A stretch of 60,738 nucleotides of DNA, the filler included. It is 4 parts of 4 records of this genome, joined end to end, with 100 filler letters (N's around TTAATTAATTAA, not from the genome) between each part and the next. Parts side by side here need not be neighbours in the genome. Positions count along the whole stretch, not along the records: positions 32,904 to 44,586 come from SRR31156797_5375; positions 44,687 to 60,738 come from SRR31156797_5380; 2 more parts are not named here. One strand, 5' to 3'. Within the stretch, counting starts at the first letter, position 1. Each line of letters begins with the position of its first letter. This document shows, in pieces, positions 37,018-47,596 of the stretch. The position numbers and the translations under genes are program-made. The notes under the pieces were generated by a model that ran no database searches, was not told the DNA's origin, and saw nothing but the letters and a program-made list of their open reading frames with translations.

Positions 37018-37800
37018 TTGGTCTTTACTGTGTGTAATATGTTGTTCATCCTGAGCGATGCACAGAAAGTCAAACTGATCTCCCTTGCTAAAACACAGGT
37101 GAGACAGATCAATGCATTTGGCTACAAACGCTTTCCCTTTATGAAAACGTTCCGGCGACAGGTGGAAGGAGATCTTCCAGCTGGTAGCCTTGGACTCAAC
37201 AAACAGGCTGTGATCGAATACTCAAAAGAGTTGTATCGGTTTGACGGTAAACTAAGCCTTCAGCGGGCACAGGTACTTGGCTCCATAATACATTCGCCTA
37301 ATAAAGAGCAGAAAAGCTAACTGAACAAGATATCCGCCGGTGATTCTTCCTTCTGGCAGGATTTACTGGATCAGGTTGATAAAAGAAGTTACCCCATGAG
37401 GAGCATGTGGCGGTGATGATATACGCAAGCGAGATGTTCAGCTGGTATGCGGTCTCCAGTGGAAGCAGGTACCTACTTCCTTCATGAACGTCACTGCATG
37501 TATTTCGGTGCGTTTTTACATGAAAGATATTCCTGCCATGGGTAATTCTGATTATTCCATCAGTACACAGATTACAGGGGATAGCGGAGAGGCCTTCCTG
37601 GAGATCCTCAATGATTCCAAACGGGAGTTGGTTGCGAGTCGGGCGAATATTCAGCGTAAACCATTGCAGGAAATTGTAGCGACCAGGCAAGCTATTTCAG
37701 AAATACGACGACAAACGATGGCATCCAAGTCCATCGAACTCGACGGAGATATTGCATACTACTCCGCCACGCTTTTGCAGGTGTGTACAAAACCTTAAGT
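37018..37800 (+). pseudogene. Frameshifted hypothetical protein gene upstream of the efflux operon
   Basis: ORFs 37018-37320 and 37484-37798 are bridged by protein-like pieces in shifting frames (HEEHVAVMIYASEMFSWYA / VEAGTYFLHERHCMYFGAF / FYMKDIPAMGN). Confidence 0.55.
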
Positions 37801-37929
37801 AACAAACACAAAGAGCTGCTGATGGCACTCCGGAACCCCTATGGCTTTACTTGTAACGGGGCACTTCTCTATTCCAGAAGTATCGGCATGCCGGATATCA
37901 TGAACACAGATTTCCTGTTCTGATTCGTA

Positions 37930-39354
37930 ATGAGTAATAAATGTCGGTTTCAAACAATGCATATTCAAATTTTGTCCATAATACTTGTTACATTACTCGC
38001 TTTGCCACTAGCCATACCCGCAAAGAATCTTCCTCAGACGGAGCAGGTTCTTTCCCTGGAGCAGGCTGTTGTCATTGCATTGAAAAACAACCCAAGTTTG
38101 AATCAACAGGTTAATACGGTGCAGAGCGCAGAAATCACAGTTTCTCAACAACGTGCAGATTTTTATCCGGATCTTACGTTGGAAGCCTCCGGGTCAAAAC
38201 GTTTCGATAACTCGCCTGAAACAATTACAGGTTCGGCTGAGAATCGAGATGTTACTGCCGTGGGCGTCGAATTGTCTTCTACGGTTAACCTGTTTAATGG
38301 TTTCGCCGATATTGCAGCTTTGAAAAACGCTGAACTGCTTTTGGAGGCTGAACTGGAATCCCTTTCCCAGGAAGAGCAGACCCTGATGTTCGAAACAATT
38401 TTCCAGTTTATCCAAGTGCTCACAGATCAAGAGCTGATAGCTGTTGAAGCTGCAAATCTGGAAGAAAACAAGAAGCTTCTGGAAAGGATTGAAACGTTTT
38501 ACCAGGCCGGAAAACTGCCTGTCAGCGATCTCTATCAGCAACAGGCGGAAACTAAACAGGCGGAGTTGGATCTGCTTGAAGCACAACATACGCTCAATGC
38601 TTCAAAATTACTGCTTATGCAAACCATGGGGATGAACCCTACTATCCACTATCAGGTAATCTCACCGGTTTTTGAAAAGCTACACTTTCAAGTACCTGCT
38701 GGCGATACTGACAAACTTGCCCTTTATGCACTTGAAAACCGTTCGGATATCCAAGCTCAGGAGCGACAGGTTAAAGCCGCAGAACAACAGATACGCCTGA
38801 CAAAGGCAGACCGTTTACCGAAAATAGATCTTTTTGCCAATATTGCAACCAATTACAGTAGCGTCAGTGAGGAGGAGCAGTTTTCAGATCAATTCAATGA
38901 ATTCCTGGATGAATTTATGGATGACAACTTGAGTTCCACCATTGGCGTTACTTTCTCGATACCGCTGTTTGATCGTTTTGAGACCAGCAACAACACCGTA
39001 AAGGCTCAAATCGAAAAACGTAACGAACAATTAACACTTCAAGAGAAAAAGTTACAGGTTGGCCTCGAAGTAGCCCAGGCCATTCAGGACCTTCAGAAGA
39101 CGCAGAAACAGATCGACGTGGTTGAAAGTAAGCTCACCCATGCCCACCGAGCCCTCCAATCCTATAAAGAGCGTTACCGGGTGGGAGCCTCAACCCTTGT
39201 CGAGCTTATTCAGGCCCGTACGCAATACGTGACAGCAGCTTTTGACCGGGTGGAGGCCAAGTATGACCTGGTAACCCAGGAGATTTCAGTTGCCTATTAC
39301 CTCGGGGACCTGGACCGGATGTTTGCAGCGTTGTCAGTGGAGGAAATGAGATGA
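37930..39354 (+). CDS. TolC family outer membrane efflux protein
   Basis: LSLEQAVVIALKNNPSL; FYPDLTL; RLPKIDL; SIPLFD; RYRVGASTLVELIQA. Confidence 0.92.
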   Translation: MSNKCRFQTMHIQILSIILVTLLALPLAIPAKNLPQTEQVLSLEQAVVIALKNNPSLNQQVNTVQSAEITVSQQRADFYPDLTLEASGSKRFDNSPETITGSAENRDVTAVGVELSSTVNLFNGFADIAALKNAELLLEAELESLSQEEQTLMFETIFQFIQVLTDQELIAVEAANLEENKKLLERIETFYQAGKLPVSDLYQQQAETKQAELDLLEAQHTLNASKLLLMQTMGMNPTIHYQVISPVFEKLHFQVPAGDTDKLALYALENRSDIQAQERQVKAAEQQIRLTKADRLPKIDLFANIATNYSSVSEEEQFSDQFNEFLDEFMDDNLSSTIGVTFSIPLFDRFETSNNTVKAQIEKRNEQLTLQEKKLQVGLEVAQAIQDLQKTQKQIDVVESKLTHAHRALQSYKERYRVGASTLVELIQARTQYVTAAFDRVEAKYDLVTQEISVAYYLGDLDRMFAALSVEEMR

Positions 39355-40556
39355 AGACGAAAAGTACATCACGATCAGCCAAAACAGGTGTCATGATTAT
39401 CGGGGTTCTTTCCATACTTTTTTTGGGTTGGTATGTTATGGCACATCAGCAATCTCCGGAGCAAAGATTGCCTGTGAAAGTTACCCCGATAAGTCGAGGA
39501 AAACTTGAGGTGATAGTCTCCAGTACAGGAACACTGGCGGCCGTGGAAACGGTGGAAATCGGTACTCAGGTCTCCGGGACAATCGATAAGCTCATGGTGG
39601 ATTATAATGACACGGTTAAAAAGGGAGACGTACTGGCAGTGCTTGACCAATCTCTTTTCCAGGTTTCTATCCAGAATGCGAAAGCAGGACTACTCAAGGC
39701 TCAGGCAGAGCTGAAACAAGCAAAAGATGAGTATAAGCGGAATAAGCCTCTTTGTGAAAAAGGGTACATCTCGGAACAGGAGTTCCTGCCGATCGAGACC
39801 GAAGCCGACACCCTGAAAGCCTCTCTGTTGTCAGCAAAGGCTACCCTCCGGCAGGCAGAGATTAACCTGGAGCATACTGTGATCAGCTCCCCTATTGACG
39901 GTACTGTTATCGATCGTAGCGTGGATGCGGGGCAAACGGTTGCCGCAAGTCTCAGTACTCCAACCCTGTTTCTGATTGCCAAAGATTTGTCACACATGCA
40001 GATAGAGACCAATGTCGACGAGACTGATATCGGCCAGATTCAACAGGGGCAACAGGTGCGTTTCACTGTGCAGAGCTATGCCGACCGAACATTTACCGGA
40101 ACTGTTCGGCAAATAAGGCTGCAGCCGGAAACCGTTGATAATGTAGTGACCTACACCGTCATTGTCGAGGCAACCAACGAGGCCGGACTTCTGCTACCGG
40201 GAATGACCGCTACCGTCGATTTCATTGTCCATGATGTTGAGAATGCTCTTTTGGTACCGGTCGCTGCGTTACAATTTAATCCTGGTAGGGGAAAGAGTGA
40301 GAACGGTAAAAATCAAGTGTTTCGTCAGGATAGCGAAGGAATATTGCGAGCAGTACCAGTTGACATTGGCCAGAGTGATGGCCTGGTCACAGTTGTGAGC
40401 GGAGAAAGGCTTGCCGAAGGGATGCGGGTGGCAATCGGTTTTGAGAAGAACGGAGAAGCAGCTGCGAAGGAGGGCGGGTTTTCCTTGTCTCGCCTTATCG
40501 GGAAGAGCATGGGCCCAGGGGCAGGACCTGGGCCAGGACCAGGGCCGCGACCATGA
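39351..40556 (+). CDS. MacA-like periplasmic adaptor
   Basis: VEIGTQVSG..VDYND.VKKG; ISSPIDGTV; VDETDIG; LLPGMTA. Confidence 0.92.
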   Translation: MKTKSTSRSAKTGVMIIGVLSILFLGWYVMAHQQSPEQRLPVKVTPISRGKLEVIVSSTGTLAAVETVEIGTQVSGTIDKLMVDYNDTVKKGDVLAVLDQSLFQVSIQNAKAGLLKAQAELKQAKDEYKRNKPLCEKGYISEQEFLPIETEADTLKASLLSAKATLRQAEINLEHTVISSPIDGTVIDRSVDAGQTVAASLSTPTLFLIAKDLSHMQIETNVDETDIGQIQQGQQVRFTVQSYADRTFTGTVRQIRLQPETVDNVVTYTVIVEATNEAGLLLPGMTATVDFIVHDVENALLVPVAALQFNPGRGKSENGKNQVFRQDSEGILRAVPVDIGQSDGLVTVVSGERLAEGMRVAIGFEKNGEAAAKEGGFSLSRLIGKSMGPGAGPGPGPGPRP

Positions 40557-41299
40557 GTTCAGCTCAAATCATTCTTAGCGGTATCCGAAAGGTGTTCTCG
40601 ATGGGTGATGTCCAGGTTGAGGCTTTAGATGGTATTTCCCTTACCATTTGCAGCGGCGAATTCATTGCCATTATGGGGAGTTCAGGTAGCGGGAAATCAA
40701 CCCTGATGAATATTCTCGGTTGTCTTGATACTCCTACCAGTGGGAGTTACCGTTTTGAAGGTGTACAGGTCGAAGACTTGAATAGGACGCAGCTCGCAGA
40801 TTTACGAAATACAAAGATCGGTTTTGTCTTTCAGGGCTTTAATCTCCTTCCCCGAACCACAGCACTCGAGAATGTGGAGTTACCTCTGCTCTATGACCGG
40901 CATCGTCAGAACAAGGATCCCCGCAAGAGTTCCATAACAGCACTTGAGCATGTCGGATTGGGGGATCGTCTTGACCATGAACCGAGTCAACTCTCCGGCG
41001 GACAACAGCAGAGGGTTGCCATTGCACGTGCTCTTGTGACTCAGCCTTCGCTCATTTTTGCAGATGAACCGAGCGGTAACCTGGACAGCTGTACGACCTT
41101 AGAAGTGCTTGCCCTCTTTCAAAAATTGAACCGTGAAGGACTGACCCTGGTGATGGTGACCCATGAGCCTGAAGTCGCCCAGTATGCAGGTCGATTGGTG
41201 GAATTACGCGATGGTCGGCTTCTCAAAGATGAAAAGGTCCCAACTCCCCGAGACGCCGCGACAGACCTTGCTGCCCAATATCAAGGGAGAGCCGCATGA
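40553..41299 (+). CDS. MacB/LolD-type ABC ATPase
   Basis: GSSGSGKST; LSGGQQQRVAIARAL; ADEPSGNLD; VTH. Confidence 0.94.
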   Translation: MSSAQIILSGIRKVFSMGDVQVEALDGISLTICSGEFIAIMGSSGSGKSTLMNILGCLDTPTSGSYRFEGVQVEDLNRTQLADLRNTKIGFVFQGFNLLPRTTALENVELPLLYDRHRQNKDPRKSSITALEHVGLGDRLDHEPSQLSGGQQQRVAIARALVTQPSLIFADEPSGNLDSCTTLEVLALFQKLNREGLTLVMVTHEPEVAQYAGRLVELRDGRLLKDEKVPTPRDAATDLAAQYQGRAA

Positions 41300-42513
41300 A
41301 GTTGAGACAGTTGATACTTGTGGCCCTGAAATCCATCGCCCGTAACAAGATGCGCAGCCTGCTCACCATGCTTGGTATCATTATCGGTGTCGGCTCAGTT
41401 ATCATCATGGTTGCCTTGGGCGAAGGATCGCAAAAAGATATCGAGGGTGATGTTGCCTCCCTGGGAACCAATCTGCTCATGGTACGTCCTGGAAGCATGC
41501 AGTCGGGAGGGGTTCGCGGCGGTGCTGGTACCCGGCCAAGTCTTTCCATAAACGATGTGAACCGGTTGAAGAAAGATGGTACCTTGCTGCGCTGGGTCTC
41601 TGCCGAGGTTCGCACAAACGGACAGGTGATTGCAGGCAATAATAACTGGAACACGACCATTACCGGTGTCGCTCCGGAATATCTGTCGATTCGCAACTAT
41701 CAGATCGCCAGTGGCTCCTTCTTTACCGAGCGAGACAGCAAAACACGAGCCAAGGTTGCGGTACTCGGCAAGACCGTTGCTGATGAGCTCTTCCCAGATC
41801 AGAATCCAGTAGGGGCACGCATGCGTATCCGAAATGTCCCTTTTCGGGTGATCGGGGTGTTGGCGGAGAAAGGTCAATCTTCGATGGGGAGCGATCAGGA
41901 CGATATCATCCTGGCCCCAGACGCCACGGTTCTTTTCCGTTTGAGTGACGGTAAATTTGTTAACGATATTTCCGCCAGTGCTACCAGCGCAGAGCAGATG
42001 GATGCTGCCAAAAAAGAATTGAAAGCCCTGCTACGGAGTGAACATTGCCTGATGCCAGATGCTGAAGACGATTTTTTGGTTCGGGATCAGACGGAAATTA
42101 TCGAGATTGCCACCAGTGTGACCGGCACCTTGACCATGCTTTTAAGTTCTGTTGCCGGTGTTTCATTACTTGTGGGAGGAATCGGCATCATGAATATCAT
42201 GCTGGTTTCAGTTACCGAGCGTACTCGTGAGATTGGCATTCGTCTGGCTGTCGGCGCCCGACCCTCTGATATATTGGCACAATTTCTTGTTGAGGCCGCT
42301 ATCCTTAGCCTCATTGGAGGATTGATCGGGATCTTGTCTGGTTTGGGTGCGGCCTGGGGGATTGGTTTACTGCTGGGTGTTAGCGCAGTCATTAATCCCA
42401 TCGTAGTGTCCATTGCCGTTCTGTTTACCGGGACCGTTGGAGTGTTTTTCGGTTTCTACCCTGCGCGTAAAGCCGCTAATCTCAACCCTATAGAGGCTTT
42501 GCGTTATGAGTGA
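41296..42513 (+). CDS. MacB-type ABC permease
   Basis: RSLLTMLGIIIGV; VGGIGIMNIMLVSVTERTREIGIR; PIEALRYE. Confidence 0.94.
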   Translation: MKLRQLILVALKSIARNKMRSLLTMLGIIIGVGSVIIMVALGEGSQKDIEGDVASLGTNLLMVRPGSMQSGGVRGGAGTRPSLSINDVNRLKKDGTLLRWVSAEVRTNGQVIAGNNNWNTTITGVAPEYLSIRNYQIASGSFFTERDSKTRAKVAVLGKTVADELFPDQNPVGARMRIRNVPFRVIGVLAEKGQSSMGSDQDDIILAPDATVLFRLSDGKFVNDISASATSAEQMDAAKKELKALLRSEHCLMPDAEDDFLVRDQTEIIEIATSVTGTLTMLLSSVAGVSLLVGGIGIMNIMLVSVTERTREIGIRLAVGARPSDILAQFLVEAAILSLIGGLIGILSGLGAAWGIGLLLGVSAVINPIVVSIAVLFTGTVGVFFGFYPARKAANLNPIEALRYE

Positions 42514-42959
42514 TTTTTTCAAGAGGTTGGTCGGTTTCTTAACTCAGCCGAACTTACTGAAAAGATTTCAGATTTAAAGGAGATACTTGCCTTGGCAACA
42601 TTAACTATTTGAACAATACTGAAAGCTTCAGGTTATTTCTGATAGAGTAGTTTCAGTAACTGAGCCTTAAACCTAGCATTGCCAAATCAAAGGTAAACAG
42701 TTCCGTCTTTCCTTTTGGGTGAAGGTGTTTCTTCCTGTGTCTCTTCTGAGAGGAGACATGCCTGGAGGTAGTTATCGAGTAAATTTGAAACCTGTTTTGT
42801 CAACTTGTCAGGTCAAATCTAAATTATTACATATTAACCTGTTACATATTAACTCCGAAACAAGTTGGTAAATATAAAACACAGCGAATGAAAAGATCAT
42901 TTATTCCGTAATTTCAGGAAAGACGGAATATGCTTTAAAATAGGGGGAGCTATAAATCG

Positions 42960-43655
42960 ATGTCTGCAATGAACAACAATGGTAAGTCAATTATGTTCAT
43001 CACGGATGGTGACCTAGAAGCAGACGCCATGACGGCCGCATTAAAAAACGAAAATTATACTGTTACCAGTCAACCCGAAACCAGCGAATGGATGCATAGC
43101 CTTCCTGCAATGGAAATGGATCTGCTGCTGGTAGATACCATTAGCCTGTCGCTGGGGAATTTATCATCTTTTGCCAGGATTCGGACACATTATTCTGGAC
43201 TCTTTGTCATTCTTGTCGAACAAATTCACGATACCATGCAGGTTATGTTGTATGAGAACGGTATAGATGATGTTCTTATAAAGCCTGTGAGTAAATTACT
43301 GTTACTAGCTCGCATTCGAGCAATGTTTAGGCGCAGTTATCAGAACAGTAAATCCAGTCTTTCCTTCAATAACGGGTTGGAGATAAACAACGCTTTTCGT
43401 CAGGTTAAGTATTGTGATGCGGAAATTCAGCTGACATCCCGTGAGTTTGACCTGCTTTGGTACATGGCGCAGCATGTCGGAACCACTCTGGACCGGGATC
43501 AACTGTACCAAAAAATATTTGGCATAGAGTATAATGGTTATGATCGCTCCATTGATATGTACATTTCCCGGTTAAGAAATAAAATCGTTACGCAGAACAA
43601 TGATCATATGATCAAAACAGTTCGCGGTCGAGGATATCTCTTTACCGCGCTGTAG
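42960..43655 (+). CDS. OmpR-family response regulator with divergent receiver domain
   Basis: LTSREFDLLW; DRSIDMYISRLRNK; IKTVRGRGY; receiver LLLVD and LIKP. Confidence 0.88.
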   Translation: MSAMNNNGKSIMFITDGDLEADAMTAALKNENYTVTSQPETSEWMHSLPAMEMDLLLVDTISLSLGNLSSFARIRTHYSGLFVILVEQIHDTMQVMLYENGIDDVLIKPVSKLLLLARIRAMFRRSYQNSKSSLSFNNGLEINNAFRQVKYCDAEIQLTSREFDLLWYMAQHVGTTLDRDQLYQKIFGIEYNGYDRSIDMYISRLRNKIVTQNNDHMIKTVRGRGYLFTAL

Positions 43656-43674
43656 CAAGGTACTCCTCCCATTT

Positions 43675-44586
43675 TTAGCAGCATTCATTAGTAAAAATCA
43701 TGCGGCTTTCATCAATTTCTGTTTTGGTGTAATGCCGCCTAATCCCATATTCTTGCATCTCTGCAAGGGTGTGAAAAATGTACTGGTTGAGCCAGTCGTA
43801 CCGTACTGTACGATTAAACCTTTCGATGTAAGTATTTTGTTGTGGATTCCCAGGTAGAAGGTAACTCAGCTTTACCCTTGTTTTTTTGCCCACGTTTTCA
43901 GCACCAGACTGATATATTCAGGATCATTGCCACACCGAATAGGGCCCGGTTTCCCCCGCCATTCAATGATACTATCAAGAGTCTCACTGCGCGACCATCG
44001 GACAAGTGATCGTGTATAAAACCCATTGACCAACTTTCATTTTCCGGAACACTTAACGGTTCTGGTTGCTCAGGTGCAATCCGTTTCTTTGGTTTTATGC
44101 ACATGTTCAACTGCGAGATCGCAGTAGGCCCGATATGCCCGTTTATGTTTCCAGCCAAATCCTTTCATATTACGAAGATACAAAAAGCATAAACCAAAAC
44201 CTCAGTTCATCTGGTTTGTTATTATACGGACAAGCCAATTGGCGATCATTCCGTTTTCAGGTGAAAGCTTAGGCTGGTTACGATAACAACCCTCACTGAC
44301 ATTGAAAAACATACATGTTTTATGAGTGCTGAGTTTCTTTTGCGCCACAGCTTCTAAAGCCATCTCGCGTCTTTGAGACGTGCCATGAGAGAAGCGTCCA
44401 CTCCTCCATATTTCGGGTGTCAATTGAAAAAGGTAGCACTGTTCATTCCATGCTCGGACATAAGTAGGGAACGGGAACACCGTTTTCCGCCTGCTTCAAA
44501 ATGGATGATATTTGATTGCCACTGAATTTCGATTTTTCATGAAAATTTTCTTCTTTATACTTTAATGGAAAATTCTACTTATGAAT
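43675..44586 (-). mobile_element. IS3 family element, degraded (IS407-group-like)
   Basis: OrfA-like KSKFSGNQISSILKQAENGVPV; OrfB-like NESWSMGFIHDHLSDGR, IIEWRGKP, PGNPQQNTYIERFNRTVRYDWL; many frameshifts. Confidence 0.85.
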
Positions 44587-44686
44587 NNNNNNNNNNNNNN
44601 NNNNNNNNNNNNNNNNNNNNNNNNNNNNNNTTAATTAATTAANNNNNNNNNNNNNNNNNNNNNNNNNNNNNNNNNNNNNNNNNNNN
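44587..44686. other. Artificial contig spacer
   Basis: N-run + TTAATTAATTAA + N-run. Confidence 0.97.
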
Positions 44687-45795
44687 ATGGCGGGTACGAA
44701 TTTACCCAAGCCCAAATTCCCGGATATTTCATTGTCTCCACTCCTTTGGTACAGGATCCCCGCCATGGCAAAGAGCGCTCCGGTGGTAATGCCGTGATTG
44801 ATCATCTGGATCAGGGTCCCCTGCACCCCGTTGAGGTTAAAAAGAAAAACCCCCAAGATAACGAACCCCATGTGCCCCAGGGAAGAATAGGCGATGACTT
44901 TTTTGAGATTGGATTGCGCAAATGCCAGAAGGCCCCCGTAAAGGATGGAGCAAACCGACATAAAAATGATCAGGGGCGCAAAAAAATGGGCCGCGCAAGG
45001 AGTGAGGGGCAAGGCCAGCCGCAGAAAACCGTAGGCCCCCATTTTGGCCATGACGGCGGAGAGGAGGATGCTGCCGGCAATGGGAGCCTGCACATATGCC
45101 GCCGGCAACCAGGTATGAAAGGGAAAGAGGGGCACCTTCACCGCAAAGGCCAGCGCCATTATCAAAAACATCCACCGCTGAAAAGGAACGGAATAAGACT
45201 GGGCCATGAGGGCCGGGATGGAAAAAGAACCCCCTTCCAGGCGAAAAGCGATGACCATTACCAGAAGAAGCGCGCTGCCCGCCAGGGTGTACAGAATGAA
45301 CTTGAGGGCCGCACGGTCCCTTTGCCGGCCTCCCCACAGGGAAATCAGCAGATAGGCGGGGATCAGGACGGCCTCCCAGAACAGGTAGAACAAAACCAGG
45401 TCCAGGGCCGAAAAGACCCCGATTAGCGCTGAAATGAGAATAAACAGGCACATGTGAAATTCCCTCACCCGAGTGATGATGGAGGTCCACGAACAGATGA
45501 CGCAAAAGGGGAACATGAGGATGGTCAATGCCACCATGAACAGACTGATGCCGTCCACTCCCAGAAAATAGCGTAAACCCCAGGTGGGAACCCATGGAAC
45601 CGACTCCACCAACTGGAAATCCGCCGTTCCCATACGGAATTGAAGCAGAAAAAGCCCCATGAGCATCTCAGCCAGGGATACCCCCAGGGCCCAGCGCCTT
45701 ACGGCCCCGGGGGTCTTTAAAAAAAGTACGCCCGCGCAGCCCAGGAGAGGCAGCAGGATCAGGCAGGTGAGAATGGGGAAATGCGCTTCAATCAT
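44687..45795 (-). CDS. nuoM: Complex I-like subunit M, 3' truncated by contig end
   Basis: LGVDGISL; LFYLFWEA; AFAVKVPLFPFHTWLP; KMGAYG; IAYSSLGHMG; QMINHG. Confidence 0.92.
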
Positions 45796-45802
45796 AAATC
45801 AT

Positions 45803-47590
45803 TTACCAGAACCAGATGAGAGAAAAAAAGGCCAGGGCCAGCAACATCATCCAGGCCAGTTGATCCTGCAATCGGCCGCTTTGGAGCCTTGTTGAAATTC
45901 GGCTCAAAAACATGACGGAGGAAGCCGTTTGCTTCACGGCCCCATCAATACCTTTTCGGTCGAAAACATCCGAGATACGCGCCAGAAAACGAAAAGCCCT
46001 TAAAAAGAGGGTCCGGTATACCTCCGACCAGATACCGTCCACCCACGAAAGGGGCTTTGAAAAAAAGACCATAACGCACCGGCCCACCAACATATAAAGC
46101 CTTTCGAAATCGGGCAGTTCATTCTCCTTAGGCTTCAGCAAGGGACGCAGGAACATGAACAAGAGAACGCCCATGGCCGGAAACAGGAGCCCGATCCCCT
46201 GTTTAAAGAGGGTGAAGGACCTCTCTTCCATGGCATATGGAAGATGGCGGTTGATCATATCGGGGAAAATCCCCTGAACCAGGCAGAAGGCCCCGGTAAT
46301 CATCATGGCCACCACCATGTTTTTCGGCAGGGGGCGCAGGGATTCTCCATTTCGGGTGTTTTCGGACCAGAACACAAAAAAAGGGAGCCGCAATCCCCCT
46401 GCCAGGATCATCAGTACCATGGCTACACCTAGGAACAAAACCAGAACCGCACCCGGTATGGGGCTTTTTAGTTTCAGCGCTTCTTCAAAAATCAGCGAAA
46501 TTCCCGTAAAGCCGCTGGAAAAAGGGACCGCACAAAGGGCAAGTATCCCAAGGAGGGTTAACGCGGCCACAAAGGGAAGCTTACGGAAAAGGGTTCCCAA
46601 TCGTCCCAGGAGTTCCTCACGGGTGGCGTATATGACGGAACCCATGGTCATCAGGAGGAGCGCATTATAAAACGTGTGGGCGTATGCCAGGGAAACGGCG
46701 CCACAAAGCGCCATTTTCGAATCCATGCCGATCCCCGTTATCATCAGCCCCCCTTGCGCAACCATGAGATACGCGAGGATACGCCTGATATTGTTTGAAA
46801 AAACGGCGTATACAGCGCCGTAGAGGGCCATGATGACGCCGAGGACAATGAGAAGATCAAGCCCTGCAAAACAGCGGGCCATGGCGTATATGGCCGTTTT
46901 GATGCCGAATACGGACAAAAATACCGCTCCGGGAATGGTGGCCAGGGGGATACCCTGTGTCAGCCATGCATGAAGTGGAACAACAGCTGCATTGATGGCA
47001 AAGGCTCCCAGAATCAACCAGTCATAATGCCACATGAGATTATCATCGGCGGGACCGAAAATGAAACTACCCGTCATCCGCTCCCTCAGGAGGATGCCCG
47101 CCAGCAACAGAACGCTGCTCAAGAGCAGAAGCATCATGTACCAGAAGCCCGTTTTCGAAGCCTCAGGTTTTCGGTTTAACCAGATAAGAAAAGAGGAAGA
47201 CACGGTCATGCCCTGCCAGAAGATGTAAAGGGTCCAGTAATCCCCCGCCAGGACACTGCCGAAGGCGCCCGCCATGAAAAAAAGTCCCGCCACGTGTTGG
47301 GCTTTTTCACGCACATGAAAAGAAAAAGTCGTACAGATTAAGGTCATGAACGCAAACAGAACAATAAAGGGGAGCGATAGATTATCCACCCGCCCAAAGA
47401 CCAGAACCTGCCCCACATAATCCACCGCCCAGTAACGGCCCACCTGCATCTGAAGGGCCAGAAAAATGGCGAGGGTGGGCGGTATGAAGAGCATGGGCCG
47501 CCAATAACGGCCTCGAAGAAACGGGAGGAGAATCCCCAGGATCACAAAGGGCGTGGCCGGATGTAGAAAGCTGCCTTCAATGAGGTTCAT
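45803..47590 (-). CDS. MrpD-like antiporter subunit with C-terminal extension (NuoL position), divergent
   Basis: PLHAWL; RRILAY; C-terminal FDRKGIDG..LQSGRLQD amphipathic helix plus TM, as in NuoL. Confidence 0.85.
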   Translation of the reverse strand: MNLIEGSFLHPATPFVILGILLPFLRGRYWRPMLFIPPTLAIFLALQMQVGRYWAVDYVGQVLVFGRVDNLSLPFIVLFAFMTLICTTFSFHVREKAQHVAGLFFMAGAFGSVLAGDYWTLYIFWQGMTVSSSFLIWLNRKPEASKTGFWYMMLLLLSSVLLLAGILLRERMTGSFIFGPADDNLMWHYDWLILGAFAINAAVVPLHAWLTQGIPLATIPGAVFLSVFGIKTAIYAMARCFAGLDLLIVLGVIMALYGAVYAVFSNNIRRILAYLMVAQGGLMITGIGMDSKMALCGAVSLAYAHTFYNALLLMTMGSVIYATREELLGRLGTLFRKLPFVAALTLLGILALCAVPFSSGFTGISLIFEEALKLKSPIPGAVLVLFLGVAMVLMILAGGLRLPFFVFWSENTRNGESLRPLPKNMVVAMMITGAFCLVQGIFPDMINRHLPYAMEERSFTLFKQGIGLLFPAMGVLLFMFLRPLLKPKENELPDFERLYMLVGRCVMVFFSKPLSWVDGIWSEVYRTLFLRAFRFLARISDVFDRKGIDGAVKQTASSVMFLSRISTRLQSGRLQDQLAWMMLLALAFFSLIWFW

Positions 47591-47596
47591 GAACGG

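Noticed and set aside
40511-40552. Hexamer-period repeat at the end of the adaptor gene
   Set aside because: Encodes a low-complexity Gly-Pro tail; imperfect at the DNA level
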